Assembly: GCA_963809325.1 (NCBI GenBank)
Contig: CAWEIZ010000002.1
Location: 452,793 to 516,792, forward strand
Direction of reading: 5' to 3'
Origin: an uncultured Actinomycetes bacterium
Lineage (GTDB): Bacteria; Actinomycetota; Thermoleophilia; Gaiellales; JAICJC01
DNA length: 64,000 nt
Made by a program: the position numbers and the translations under genes. How positions within the stretch are numbered: position 1 is the stretch's first letter; each line of letters begins with the position of its first letter. This document shows, piece by piece, positions 18,881 to 27,557 of this stretch. The notes beneath the pieces were generated by a model that worked only from the letters and a program-made list of their open reading frames with translations, ran no database searches and was not told the DNA's origin.

Positions 18881-21800
18881 ATGAACGTCCGTACCGGGAG
18901 TCGTGGGCCCCCGTCCACGGCGCAGGTGCGAAAGACGGTCACCATCGTCTTCGCGGACCTCGCCGGTTCGACCGCTGTGGGCGAGCGACTCGATCCCGAG
19001 GCGCTGCGCGATCTCCACACCCGGTACTTCGCCGCCATGCGCCGGCCGCTCGAGCGTCACGGCGGCACCGTCGAGAAGTACATCGGCGACGCCGTGATGG
19101 CGGTCTTCGGGATCCCCGTGCTGCACGAGGATGACGCGCTGCGCGCGGTGCGCGCGGCCGTCGAGATGCGCGACGCGATGGCGGAGCTGAACCGCGAGCT
19201 CGAGCACGACCTCGGGGTCGGCCTGGAGCTGCGCATCGGCATCAACACCGGGGAGGTCGCGGGCATCGACGGTGTCACCGACCACGGGTTCGTCTCCGGT
19301 GACGCCGTGAACACGGCCGCCCGGCTCCAGTCCGCGGCGCCGCCCGGCGGGATCGTCATCGGCGCGCAGACCCGCCGGCTCGTCGAGGGCGCGGTCCGCC
19401 TGCGCCCGCACGGGCCGGTCGAGGCGAAGGGCAAGCGGCGGCCGCTTCGGATATGGCAGGTCGAGCGGCTCGTCGACACGACCGGCCGCTTCACGGGTGG
19501 GACGGCGGTGCCGCTCGTCGGGCGGCGGGCCGAGCTGCGAAGGCTCACGACCCGGTTCCACCGCGCGGTGGAGCGCGACCGATGCGTGCTCGTCACGGTC
19601 ACGGGGCCGGCCGGCATGGGCAAGTCGCGCATCCTGAAGGAGTTCGCCGCGGGTATCGAGGACGAGGCGACCGTCGTCGTCGGACGCTGCCTGCCCTACG
19701 GCGAGGGGATCACCTACTGGCCGCTGATCGAGATCGTGAACGACCTCGCCGGCGTCACCGGAACGCCGGAGATCGAGGGCCTGCTGGCCGGGGACTCGCA
19801 GCCGCAGGTGGTGGCGTCACGCGTCGCCGCCGCTGCCGGCCGAAGCGGGGCGAGCGCAACCGAGCAGGATGTGCAGTGGGCCGTCCGCCGCCTCTTCGAG
19901 GCGCTCGCCCGCCGCCGTCCGCTGGTGGCGGCGTTCGACGACATCCACTGGGCCGAGCCGGCGATGCTCGATCTGATCGAGCACGTGGCCGCCAACGCCA
20001 AGGCCCCGATCCTGATCGTGTGCCTCAGCCGGGGCGACCTGCTCGAGCGCCGCCCCGGGTGGGCCGCCGCCGGCGGCCGGGGCAGCGTCGTCCGCCTCGA
20101 GCCGCTGTCCGACACCGATTCGGCTCGCCTGCTCCGCCGCCTGGCCGTCCGGAGGCGCGCCAAGGTGCGGCGCGAGGAGGTCATGTACGCCGCGGAGGGA
20201 AACCCGCTCTTCCTCGAGCAGCTCGTCGCGATGCGTGCCGACGATCCGGGGGTGCGGACGCCGCCGACGATCCAGGCGCTGCTCGCCGCGCGCATCGACT
20301 CGCTCCCGGTCAGGGAGCGCCGGGTGATCGAGGCGGCGTCGATCGAGGGGCGCGGCTTCCACCGGGGGGCGGTGCGGGCGCTCGTTGACCAGAAGCGAAG
20401 CGTCGACGCCGCGCTCGCCTCGTTGGTGGATCGCGAGCTGATCCGGCCGGACCGGTCGGAGCTTCCCGGTGAGATCGGCTACCGGTTCACCCACATCCTC
20501 GTGCGCGACGCGGCGTACGACCTGCTTCCCAAGCGGCGCCGGGCGGACCTGCACGTCGCGTACGCCGACTGGCTCGTCGGACAGGACGACCCCGGGAGCG
20601 CGGCTGACGAGATCGTCGGCTACCACCTCGAGCAGGCCTACGAGTACCGCTCGCAGCTCGGGCGCGTCGGCGACGACCGCCACCGCGAGCTCGCGGCGCG
20701 GGCGTCAACCCACCTGAGCGATGCCGGGCGGCGGGCGCTGTCGGCGGGGGATCGCGGCGGCGCCTCGAACCTGCTCGAGCGCGCGGTCGCCCTTCGCTCC
20801 AAGACCGACCCGGATCGCGCGGCGCTCCTCATCGACGTGGGTGGGGTTCACCGTGAGCAGGGGCAGTTCCGGGACGCGGAGGCGGCCCTGCGCGAGGCGC
20901 GCTCGCTCGCCATCGACGCCGGCGACGGGGCACTCGAGGCACGGGCTCAGGTCGCCCGGCTGCTCTCGCGCCTCCAGGTCGACCCGGATGCCGTGGCGCG
21001 GCTCATGCGCCGGCAGGCTTCCGGGCTGGAGCAGGCGCTGGAGGCCGCCGGCGACCACGCGGGTCTGGCCCAGCTCTGGCACGTCCGCGCCCTGATCTGG
21101 TGGATCAGGGCGCAGTCCGCGGAGGCGGAGCGCGCGTGGCGGCGAGCTGCGGACGAGGCCCTCCTGGCGGGCGACGAGCGCATGCTCTTTGACGCGGTCG
21201 GCTGGGAGGCTTCATCGATGGCCATCGGGCCGATGCCGGTCGACAATGCGATCGTCCGTTGCCGCGAGATCTGCGCGGTCTTGAAGGGCGACCCGTGGTC
21301 GGAGGCGCTCGCGCTCCAGCCGCTCGCAAGTCTCCATGCCATGCGGGGTGAGTTCTCGACCGCGTTCGACTTGCTCGACACGTCCTCCGCGACACTCGCC
21401 GGGTTCGGCCCGACCGTCGATGCCGCTGTCTCGCATCCGGAGGTATTCGTTGCGACGCTCGCGGGCGACCTCGACCGTGCCGAGCGCCTCCTCAGAGTCG
21501 GCCGGCGCGTCTTGGAGCAGATGGGGGAGCGGGCGGTCCTTGCGTCCACGGAGGGCTACCTGGCACACGTTCTGCTCCTGGCCGGGCGCGACCGGGAGGC
21601 CGACCGGCTTGCGCGACGCTGCGCGGCGCTTGCAACGGAGGATGACGCGGCGCCACAGGCCGCCTGGCGTCGGGTGCGCGCCCGCGTGCTCGCCCGCCGA
21701 GGCCACACTCGAAGGGCCGTCGAGCTGGCGCGGGAAGCGGTCGAGATCGCGATGACGACCGACCATCTGAACATCCAGGGCGACGCCTGGGTCGATCTCG

Positions 21801-21973
21801 CGATCGTGTACGCGGCAGCCGGGGCTCACGACGATGCGGCCGAAGCGCTCGCGACCGCCGTGGGCATCTACGAGGCAAAGGGCAACCAGGTCAGCGCGCG
21901 GGTCTCGGCCGGCCTGTTGGAGCATCCTGTGAGCGTTCGATCGGGAAGATCACGTGGCTCGCGGGCGTCATAG
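18881..21973 (+). CDS. class III adenylate/guanylate cyclase fused to P-loop ATPase and TPR-like repeats
   Basis: Cyclase motifs FADLAGST, KYIGDAVMAVFG and GINTGEV, the P-loop GPAGMGKSR, and a long helical-repeat C-terminus. The 1030-aa ORF is intact. Confidence 0.85.
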   Translation: MNVRTGSRGPPSTAQVRKTVTIVFADLAGSTAVGERLDPEALRDLHTRYFAAMRRPLERHGGTVEKYIGDAVMAVFGIPVLHEDDALRAVRAAVEMRDAMAELNRELEHDLGVGLELRIGINTGEVAGIDGVTDHGFVSGDAVNTAARLQSAAPPGGIVIGAQTRRLVEGAVRLRPHGPVEAKGKRRPLRIWQVERLVDTTGRFTGGTAVPLVGRRAELRRLTTRFHRAVERDRCVLVTVTGPAGMGKSRILKEFAAGIEDEATVVVGRCLPYGEGITYWPLIEIVNDLAGVTGTPEIEGLLAGDSQPQVVASRVAAAAGRSGASATEQDVQWAVRRLFEALARRRPLVAAFDDIHWAEPAMLDLIEHVAANAKAPILIVCLSRGDLLERRPGWAAAGGRGSVVRLEPLSDTDSARLLRRLAVRRRAKVRREEVMYAAEGNPLFLEQLVAMRADDPGVRTPPTIQALLAARIDSLPVRERRVIEAASIEGRGFHRGAVRALVDQKRSVDAALASLVDRELIRPDRSELPGEIGYRFTHILVRDAAYDLLPKRRRADLHVAYADWLVGQDDPGSAADEIVGYHLEQAYEYRSQLGRVGDDRHRELAARASTHLSDAGRRALSAGDRGGASNLLERAVALRSKTDPDRAALLIDVGGVHREQGQFRDAEAALREARSLAIDAGDGALEARAQVARLLSRLQVDPDAVARLMRRQASGLEQALEAAGDHAGLAQLWHVRALIWWIRAQSAEAERAWRRAADEALLAGDERMLFDAVGWEASSMAIGPMPVDNAIVRCREICAVLKGDPWSEALALQPLASLHAMRGEFSTAFDLLDTSSATLAGFGPTVDAAVSHPEVFVATLAGDLDRAERLLRVGRRVLEQMGERAVLASTEGYLAHVLLLAGRDREADRLARRCAALATEDDAAPQAAWRRVRARVLARRGHTRRAVELAREAVEIAMTTDHLNIQGDAWVDLAIVYAAAGAHDDAAEALATAVGIYEAKGNQVSARVSAGLLEHPVSVRSGRSRGSRAS

Positions 21974-22017
21974 CAAGCGACATGAGACAATCGTCACCCG
22001 CTAGGAGGTGATGGTTC

Positions 22018-22395
22018 GTGGAATCGCGTGTAGACAGTCCTCTGATGCTGACAAGTGGCGGCAATACGGTGAAGGGGCGGGGCCCGGTCCTCAGTTGGGA
22101 CATTGGTGAGTTGAGCGCCATTGTGTCCGTCGTGATCGCCCAGGCCCAGACCGGTGCCAACGGTGCGACGAAGCTCGCCCTCGCGGCCGGTGTCACTCAG
22201 CGGTTCACGAATCCCAGCGCGCCCAATGCGTGGGTGCCTCCACCGAACAAGACGTGGAGCGCCATGGCAAAAGTGGCGGGGAATGGGACGGCGTTCGTGC
22301 CCGGGGCCGCAGTCGCGTATGCGCATGCTCTGGTCGAGAACGTCGCCGGTGAGCTCGAACCGTACGACTGGGAAGTGCACGTCGTCCTCCAGTGA
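22018..22395 (+). CDS. hypothetical small protein, paralog 1 of a tandem pair
   Basis: AGGAGG at 22003-22008 lies 9 nt before GTG 22018; ATG 22045 is an alternative start. It aligns with the next ORF (GP..WD...AQ...TW.A.A.V..NG...G.A.A.A...G..E.Y.W). GC3 is locally lower. Confidence 0.6.
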   Translation: MESRVDSPLMLTSGGNTVKGRGPVLSWDIGELSAIVSVVIAQAQTGANGATKLALAAGVTQRFTNPSAPNAWVPPPNKTWSAMAKVAGNGTAFVPGAAVAYAHALVENVAGELEPYDWEVHVVLQ

Positions 22396-22460
22396 GACAA
22401 CGCGCACCGGGCGGCGTCACAATCCGAACTGCAATCGATCACCACCAGGGAGGTGGCGAG

Positions 22461-22823
22461 ATGCACTCCAAAGTGAACGACAACCTTCGCCTGAGCGCGG
22501 ACGGCCGCGAGGTCGCCGTCTCGGGCCCCATCACCGACTGGGACGATGACGAGGAGAGCGCGACCTTCACCGTCTTCCTCGCCCAGGTCGACGAGAACGG
22601 CGACATCGTCGTCGCCCGCGGCCGGTCCCGTCAGACGTACCGCAACGGCGCCAGGACGTGGGAGGCGACCGCCGAGGTGACCCGGAACGGCGCTCGGCTC
22701 ACGGCCGGCACGGCGCAGGCCTGGGCACTGGCGTCGATCGCCGAGACCAGCGGACAGTTCGAGCTCTACCCCTGGTCGCTCGAGACGCACCTCGTGAGCG
22801 ACGTCGTCGCGGCGGCGCGTTGA
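22461..22823 (+). CDS. hypothetical small protein, paralog 2 of a tandem pair
   Basis: A GGGAGGTGG RBS precedes ATG 22461. The 120-aa product is MHSKVNDNLRLSADG...GQFELYPWSLETHLV. Its stop overlaps the TTG start of the deacetylase (TTGA). Confidence 0.65.
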   Translation: MHSKVNDNLRLSADGREVAVSGPITDWDDDEESATFTVFLAQVDENGDIVVARGRSRQTYRNGARTWEATAEVTRNGARLTAGTAQAWALASIAETSGQFELYPWSLETHLVSDVVAAAR

Positions 22824-23608
22824 CCTGGCCTTCGGGCGCCCGCTGCGCCGTCGCCTTCACGTTCGACTTCGATGCCGAGGAGGTGTGGCTGGCGGGCGAC
22901 CCGGATGCCGCGTCCAAGCCGGGGCTCCTGTCGATGGGTGCCTACGGCGCCAACGTGGGGGTACCCGAGCTCCTGCGCCTGCTTGACCGGCGCGGGCTTC
23001 CGGCGACGTTCTTCGTCCCCGGCCGCGTGGCTGAGATGCACCCCGACCGGGTGCGCGACATCGTCGCGGCCGGTCACGAGGTCGGCGCCCACGGCTACAC
23101 CCACCGGTCGCCGACCGCCCTCTCGCGCGCCGAGGAGGAGGACGAGCTCGTGAAGACGAAGGCGATCCTCGAGGGGTTCGGGACGGCCGTCCGCGGCTAC
23201 CGCTCGCCGGCGTGGGAGTTCTCGGTGAACACGCTTGAGCTGCTCGCCGCCCACGGCATCGGCTACTCGACCAACCTGATGGACCGCCTCCACCCGTACC
23301 GGCATCCGAACGGCGTGGTCGAGCTCCCGGTGCAGTGGCTCCTCGACGACGCCGCGCACTTCTGGTTCTCGCCCGACGAGTGGGTGAAGAAGATCTCGAC
23401 GCCGTCGGAGGTGCGCGAGATCTGGGAGGAGGAGCTGCTCGGCATCCGCGACCTCGGCGGCCTGTGCGTGCTCACGATGCACCCGCAGGTGATCGGCCGC
23501 CCGTCCCGGCTGCGGTTCCTCGACCGCTTCATGGGGATGGTTCAGGAGCTGGACGGCGTCTGGGTCGCCGGCTGTGCCGACATCGCCGACACCGTGACCG
23601 CCTCGTAG
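22820..23608 (+). CDS. polysaccharide deacetylase family protein (PuuE-like)
   Basis: CAVAFTFDFDAEE, ATFFVPG and GHEVGAHGYTH; paralog of 33489..34361. TTG 22820 is chosen at the start of the conserved region. The upstream part of the track ORF is Arg-rich junk that overlaps the previous gene. Confidence 0.8.
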   Translation: MTWPSGARCAVAFTFDFDAEEVWLAGDPDAASKPGLLSMGAYGANVGVPELLRLLDRRGLPATFFVPGRVAEMHPDRVRDIVAAGHEVGAHGYTHRSPTALSRAEEEDELVKTKAILEGFGTAVRGYRSPAWEFSVNTLELLAAHGIGYSTNLMDRLHPYRHPNGVVELPVQWLLDDAAHFWFSPDEWVKKISTPSEVREIWEEELLGIRDLGGLCVLTMHPQVIGRPSRLRFLDRFMGMVQELDGVWVAGCADIADTVTAS

Positions 23609-24165
23609 CCGCGGCGGACGAGCTCGGGCAGGATCTCGCGCAGCGCGTCGACCGTCGGCGTGCGGTCGCGGATCCCGGTGTGGTGCGAGGGCCAGCCGTC
23701 GTGGAAGTCGACGATCGCGCCGTCGTGGACGCCGTCGAGCACGCGCCGCACGATCCGGTCGACCTTCCGCTCGCGCCAGTCGATCGGGTCGACGTCCCAC
23801 AGGATGCACGCGAGGCCCAGGCCGGCGCCGACCACGCCCACCCGCTCGGCGTCCTCGCCGTACGGCGGCCGGACGAGCCGCGGGGCGATCCCGGAGGCGT
23901 CGGTGATGACCTGCTGCGCGCGGGCCAGCTCCTCGCGCAGCGCGCTCTCCTCGAGGCGGCCGCAGTGCGGGTGCGAGTACGTGTGGTTTCCGAGCTCGTG
24001 GCCGGCGGCGACCATGCGCCGCAGGAGCGGCTCCTGGCCGGGGATCTTGTCCCCGAGGACGAAGAACGTCCCGGCCCCTCCGTGCTCGGCGATCAGATCG
24101 GCGATCGCCTCGGTGTGCGGGGACGGGCCGTCGTCGAAGGTGAGCGCTAGTCGGGCTCGGGCCAC
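23542..24165 (-). CDS. polysaccharide deacetylase (NodB homology domain)
   Basis: LALTFDDGP, GTFFVLG, GHELGNHTYSH and VRPPYG. GTG 24165 is preferred and ATG 24201 is the alternative. The 3' end overlaps the convergent deacetylase by 67 nt. Confidence 0.8.
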   Translation of the reverse strand: MARARLALTFDDGPSPHTEAIADLIAEHGGAGTFFVLGDKIPGQEPLLRRMVAAGHELGNHTYSHPHCGRLEESALREELARAQQVITDASGIAPRLVRPPYGEDAERVGVVGAGLGLACILWDVDPIDWRERKVDRIVRRVLDGVHDGAIVDFHDGWPSHHTGIRDRTPTVDALREILPELVRRGYEAVTVSAMSAQPATQTPSSS

Positions 24166-24980
24166 CGGTAGCTGAAGTAGAACTGCCGCCACGCCGTCCA
24201 CCAGTCGTCGGCGCGCGAGGCGATGGTGCGGCCGTCGATGATCTCGACCAGCGGGTGGTGGCGGAACTGCTCGGAGTGGTCAGGTGTCGCGAGCTCGACC
24301 CGGACCTCGCACGGCTTGCCCGGGTCGTACGGCGGCACGGCCTTCAGGTCGGCGAGCGCGGCCCGGGCTCCCTCCTCGATCATCCGGCGCGCCTCGGCCG
24401 GCGTCTTGTGCCGGCCGCTGAACCGCCCGAGGGCGGTCTTCACCTGGACGGTGGTGAGCCCGTCGCCGAGCAGCTCGCGCCCCTCGCGGCACGCCGCCTG
24501 GTCGCCGGTTACGAGCAGCACCGGGCACCCCCAGGTGCCGCACAGCGCCGCGTTGATGCCGGTCTCGCCGACCTCGGTGCCGTTGAACCGCACGCTGCGC
24601 CACTCGGTCCCCGAGACGGTGTGCGTCATGAACCCGTCGCTCGTCCCGGCCATGGCGTGCATCCCGATGAAGAGCGCGCCGTCGCACCCATCCTCGAGGA
24701 CGCCGGTGTACTCGGTCCACTCCTTCTGGACCACGAACTCGCACCCCTCGTCGAGGTCCTCGGGGATGAGCGAGTTGAACGACCAGCCCTTCCCGGCCCC
24801 ATGGCAGTCCATGACGACGACCTCGGTCGCGCCGCCCGCCCGCGCACCGCGGACGGCTGCGTTGATCTCCTGGGTGTAGAGCTTGCGCCCCTCCTCGTAG
24901 AGGGACTCACCGCCGGCGACCTGCTGCCAGTTCGAGATGCCGGCGACGCCCTCCATGTCGCTCACGATGAAGACGCGCAT
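24147..24980 (-). CDS. M55 family D-aminopeptidase (DppA-like)
   Basis: The MRVFIVSDMEGVAGI N-terminus is typical of M55. The 277-aa ORF is intact. Confidence 0.85.
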   Translation of the reverse strand: MRVFIVSDMEGVAGISNWQQVAGGESLYEEGRKLYTQEINAAVRGARAGGATEVVVMDCHGAGKGWSFNSLIPEDLDEGCEFVVQKEWTEYTGVLEDGCDGALFIGMHAMAGTSDGFMTHTVSGTEWRSVRFNGTEVGETGINAALCGTWGCPVLLVTGDQAACREGRELLGDGLTTVQVKTALGRFSGRHKTPAEARRMIEEGARAALADLKAVPPYDPGKPCEVRVELATPDHSEQFRHHPLVEIIDGRTIASRADDWWTAWRQFYFSYRWPEPD

Positions 24981-25040
24981 GCGGCGGCCACTCTACCGGC
25001 CGCCCGGCCCGGAAGGTCGCAACGTGCGTGAAAAACCCGG

Positions 25041-25069
25041 TTGCAGACCGTGGACGCGTCCCGTAGCTT
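25041..25069 (+). promoter_or_regulatory. sigma-70-like promoter of riboswitch module 2
   Basis: TTGCAG (25041-46), a 17-nt spacer, then TAGCTT (25064-69). The upstream box GAAGGTCGCAA-N3-GCGTGAAA has the same spacing as copy 1. Confidence 0.6.
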
Positions 25070-25071
25070 GA

Positions 25072-25189
25072 CCACTGCGCCGTCCAGGGCAGCCGAGTAG
25101 GTCGAAGCCGGGCGGAGGAGCGGGTAGAGGTGACTCGAACGCTCTTTCGCCCGGGGGACGAAAGGCCAGCCGGGACGGCGAATCCTTTT
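25072..25189 (+). promoter_or_regulatory. ydaO-like (c-di-AMP class) riboswitch candidate, copy 2
   Basis: Same closing helix and hallmark blocks as 14869..14985. The substitutions cluster in linker and hairpin positions. One is compensatory: A14909:U14962 becomes G25112:C25166. Confidence 0.6.
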
Positions 25190-25211
25190 CTCGAGCGGTA
25201 GGCTTGCGGCG

Positions 25212-25316
25212 ATGGGGCCGAGCGGCATCACACCGTGGGGCGAGTCGCCGAAGGGTCTTCGCGGCTGGCTCCGCTTCCTGCTGCGGCTGATCGCGCCGCG
25301 CCCGCCGCGGCACTGA
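25212..25316 (+). CDS. possible 34-codon sORF downstream of riboswitch candidate 2
   Basis: ATG 25212 to TGA 25316 gives MGPSGITPWGESPKGLRGWLRFLLRLIAPRPPRH. The RBS is weak and there is no similarity to the copy-1 sORF. It could be non-coding. Confidence 0.2.
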   Translation: MGPSGITPWGESPKGLRGWLRFLLRLIAPRPPRH

Positions 25317-25319
25317 TCG

Positions 25320-25741
25320 TCAGCTCAGCTGGACCGAGCCGTCGTCGCGGAGCGTCCAGTGCGGGTTGTGGGCGACCTCCCACGGATGCCCGTCGGGGTC
25401 GGCGAACACACCGGAGTAGCCGCCCCAGAAGGTCTCGGCCCCGCCCCGCAGCACGGTGCCGCCGGCGGCCCGGGCCTCCTCCAGGACGGCGTCGACCTCC
25501 GCGGGCGAGCGGGTGTTGTACGCCAGCGTCACGCCGCCCCAGCCGCCGCCGTCGGCAACGACCGAGTCCTCAGCGAGCTGCGCGCGGCCCCACAGCGCGA
25601 GGATCGTCCCTCCCGCCTGGAAGAACACGACGTCGTCGGCGGGCGCCGCGCCCGTCGTCCACCCGAGCCCCTCGTAGAACGCCCGCGCCCGCGCCCAGAT
25701 CCGAGACGCCCAGGCGTGACGAGGCTGACCCGCTGCTCCAC
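25320..25741 (-). pseudogene. VOC (glyoxalase/bleomycin-resistance) family protein, two frameshifts near the 5' end
   Basis: The body reads ARARAFYEGLGW...FADPDGHPWEVAHNP in one frame. The expected N-terminal strand is split over three frames (MEQRVSLVT / LGVSDL / ARARAFY), with an extra C near 25713-14 and an extra G near 25694-96. Confidence 0.65.
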
Positions 25742-25750
25742 GCTGCCATC

Positions 25751-26851
25751 CTAGCCAGTGCCGAGGATCTCGGACGCGAGCCACTGCCCCTGCTCGTTCA
25801 GGCGGCCGTGCGACACGAGCCCGAACTTGGAGACGCAGTCCAGGTTCCAGCGCGCCCAGCTGATGCCGTGCCGGCGCATGATGCCCTCCACCTGCTCGTT
25901 GTAGACGTGGTTTCGCACGTCGTCGTTTCGCGCGCCCCACTCGCCGACGATCATCGGGATCCCATGCAAGTGCGTGCTCCGCCACGGGATGGCGAGGTTC
26001 AGCCACTGGTTGCGAGCGGTGCCGTGGTAGCGGGTGCTGAGCTGGTTGTGCGTCTCCGACCAGTTCGGAACCCAGTTGTCGTCGGCAGCGTCGAGGCCCG
26101 ATCCGCAACAGCCGTTGTAGAAGTCGTGCCAGTCGAGCGCCGTATGGGCGAGCCGGAATCCGGCGCACCCGAAGCACGCCCGGGCGCCGAGGGCCCCGCC
26201 GCGGACGTTGAAGAAGACGGTCGTATAGGGGTCGATGGCGAGGATCGCATCGCGGATGCCCGCCTGCCATTCCAGCATGTCGCGGTCGACCCGCGGCGAT
26301 CCGACGTGATCCCAGACGAACGGTCGCGGCTCGTTGAAGATGCCGAAGCCGATGACGCGCGGGTTGCCGGCGTACCGGTGCACGAGCGCGCGCACGAAGA
26401 CGAGATACGCGCCGCGGGGCGCCGGCGCGCGGCGCACGTGGAAGCCGTGCCGGTTGACCCACCCCGGAAGCTCCTCGCCGCGCAGGTCGAGCACGACGTT
26501 CACGCGATGTGCGGTCAGGTATGCGATGAAGGCGTCGAGGCGCTCCAGCTCACGCGCATCGAGGTGTCCGCGGCGGGGCTCGATGTCGGCCCAGAGGACG
26601 CGGACCCGGGCGAAGTTCGCATGCAGCTCGATCACCTTCTCCACGAGCCGCGATTGGTAGCTGACGTCGACCCCGCGGAGGATCACGATCCTGCCGGCCC
26701 GGTCGACGAAGTGGATGCCGCTCGTGGTCACCGCCGGCCGCACCGGCCGCGCGGCCCTCGCGGGTGGCGAAAGGAGGAGAGGGACGAACGCCGCGAGCGC
26801 GAGGCTCGCGAAGGACCGGCTCAAACGACAGGTCCGCGACCCGGTCTGCAC
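25751..26851 (-). CDS. glycoside hydrolase family 5 (secreted)
   Basis: N-terminal signal peptide, an IFNEP acid/base motif and a GEWG nucleophile motif. The 366-aa ORF is intact. Confidence 0.85.
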   Translation of the reverse strand: MQTGSRTCRLSRSFASLALAAFVPLLLSPPARAARPVRPAVTTSGIHFVDRAGRIVILRGVDVSYQSRLVEKVIELHANFARVRVLWADIEPRRGHLDARELERLDAFIAYLTAHRVNVVLDLRGEELPGWVNRHGFHVRRAPAPRGAYLVFVRALVHRYAGNPRVIGFGIFNEPRPFVWDHVGSPRVDRDMLEWQAGIRDAILAIDPYTTVFFNVRGGALGARACFGCAGFRLAHTALDWHDFYNGCCGSGLDAADDNWVPNWSETHNQLSTRYHGTARNQWLNLAIPWRSTHLHGIPMIVGEWGARNDDVRNHVYNEQVEGIMRRHGISWARWNLDCVSKFGLVSHGRLNEQGQWLASEILGTG

Positions 26852-26966
26852 GCTCCCCTCCTTGTTCCAGGAAGGCTATGCCAGCGACCGTCCGACGCGC
26901 ATCGGGGAGGGCGCCGATCCTGTGCGTGGCGGACTACGGATCGGGCCGGCCGAATATGCTTGCCGC

Positions 26967-27557
26967 ATGCCTGAGACCATCCGCATCCCCGCTCGCGAGG
27001 GCCACGCCCTGCGCATGTCCGCCGGCGACCGCATCCGCGTCATCGACCCCGAGGGCGGCCAGGTTGCCGACGTGTTCGCCTTCTGTGCCGACGACCTGTC
27101 GGAGTACCACTCGGCCGAGCACACGCGCGTGTACGTGAGCCGGCTCTTCCCGCGCGTCGGCGAGCAGTTCGTGACGAACCGGCGCCGCCCGATCCTGACG
27201 CTCGAGGCCGACACGTCGCCCGGCATCCACGACATGCTCTGCGCGGCCTGCGACCCGAGCCGCTACGCCGGCCTCGGCGTCGAGGGCTGGCACGCCTCCT
27301 GCCAGGAGAACCTCCAGAAGGCGATGGCCGCGCTCGGCTACGAGGGCATCGAGATCCCCCAGCCGATCAACGTCTTCATGAACATCCCTGTGCGCGACGA
27401 CTGGGAGCTTGGGTGGGAGCCGGCGCCGACGAAGCCCGGCGACTCGGTCACGCTGCGCGCGGAGCGCGACATCGTCTTCGCGGTCTCGGCCTGCCCGCAG
27501 GACCTCGTCAGCATCAACGCCGGCAGCCCCGGCCCGATCGACCTCGAGCTCCAGTAA
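26967..27557 (+). CDS. DUF1989 family protein (urea-carboxylase-associated / carboxyguanidine-deiminase-like)
   Basis: ATG 26967 is in frame within track ORF 26715..27557. Blocks GGQVADVFAF, HSAEHTR, TNRRRPILT, IHDMLCAACD and INVFMN match my memory of DUF1989. Confidence 0.75.
   Translation: MPETIRIPAREGHALRMSAGDRIRVIDPEGGQVADVFAFCADDLSEYHSAEHTRVYVSRLFPRVGEQFVTNRRRPILTLEADTSPGIHDMLCAACDPSRYAGLGVEGWHASCQENLQKAMAALGYEGIEIPQPINVFMNIPVRDDWELGWEPAPTKPGDSVTLRAERDIVFAVSACPQDLVSINAGSPGPIDLELQ

Noticed and set aside
22658-22819. N-terminal extension of the deacetylase ORF given in the track (start 22658).
   Set aside because: The extension is Arg/Gly-rich junk that overlaps the well-formed upstream small ORF. 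Conservation with the paralog at 33489..34361 begins at the TTG 22820 region.
25235-25320. GTG 25235 ORF (579 aa) as the gene controlled by riboswitch copy 2.
   Set aside because: The ORF runs antisense through the VOC and GH5 genes and translates to Arg/Pro-rich junk.
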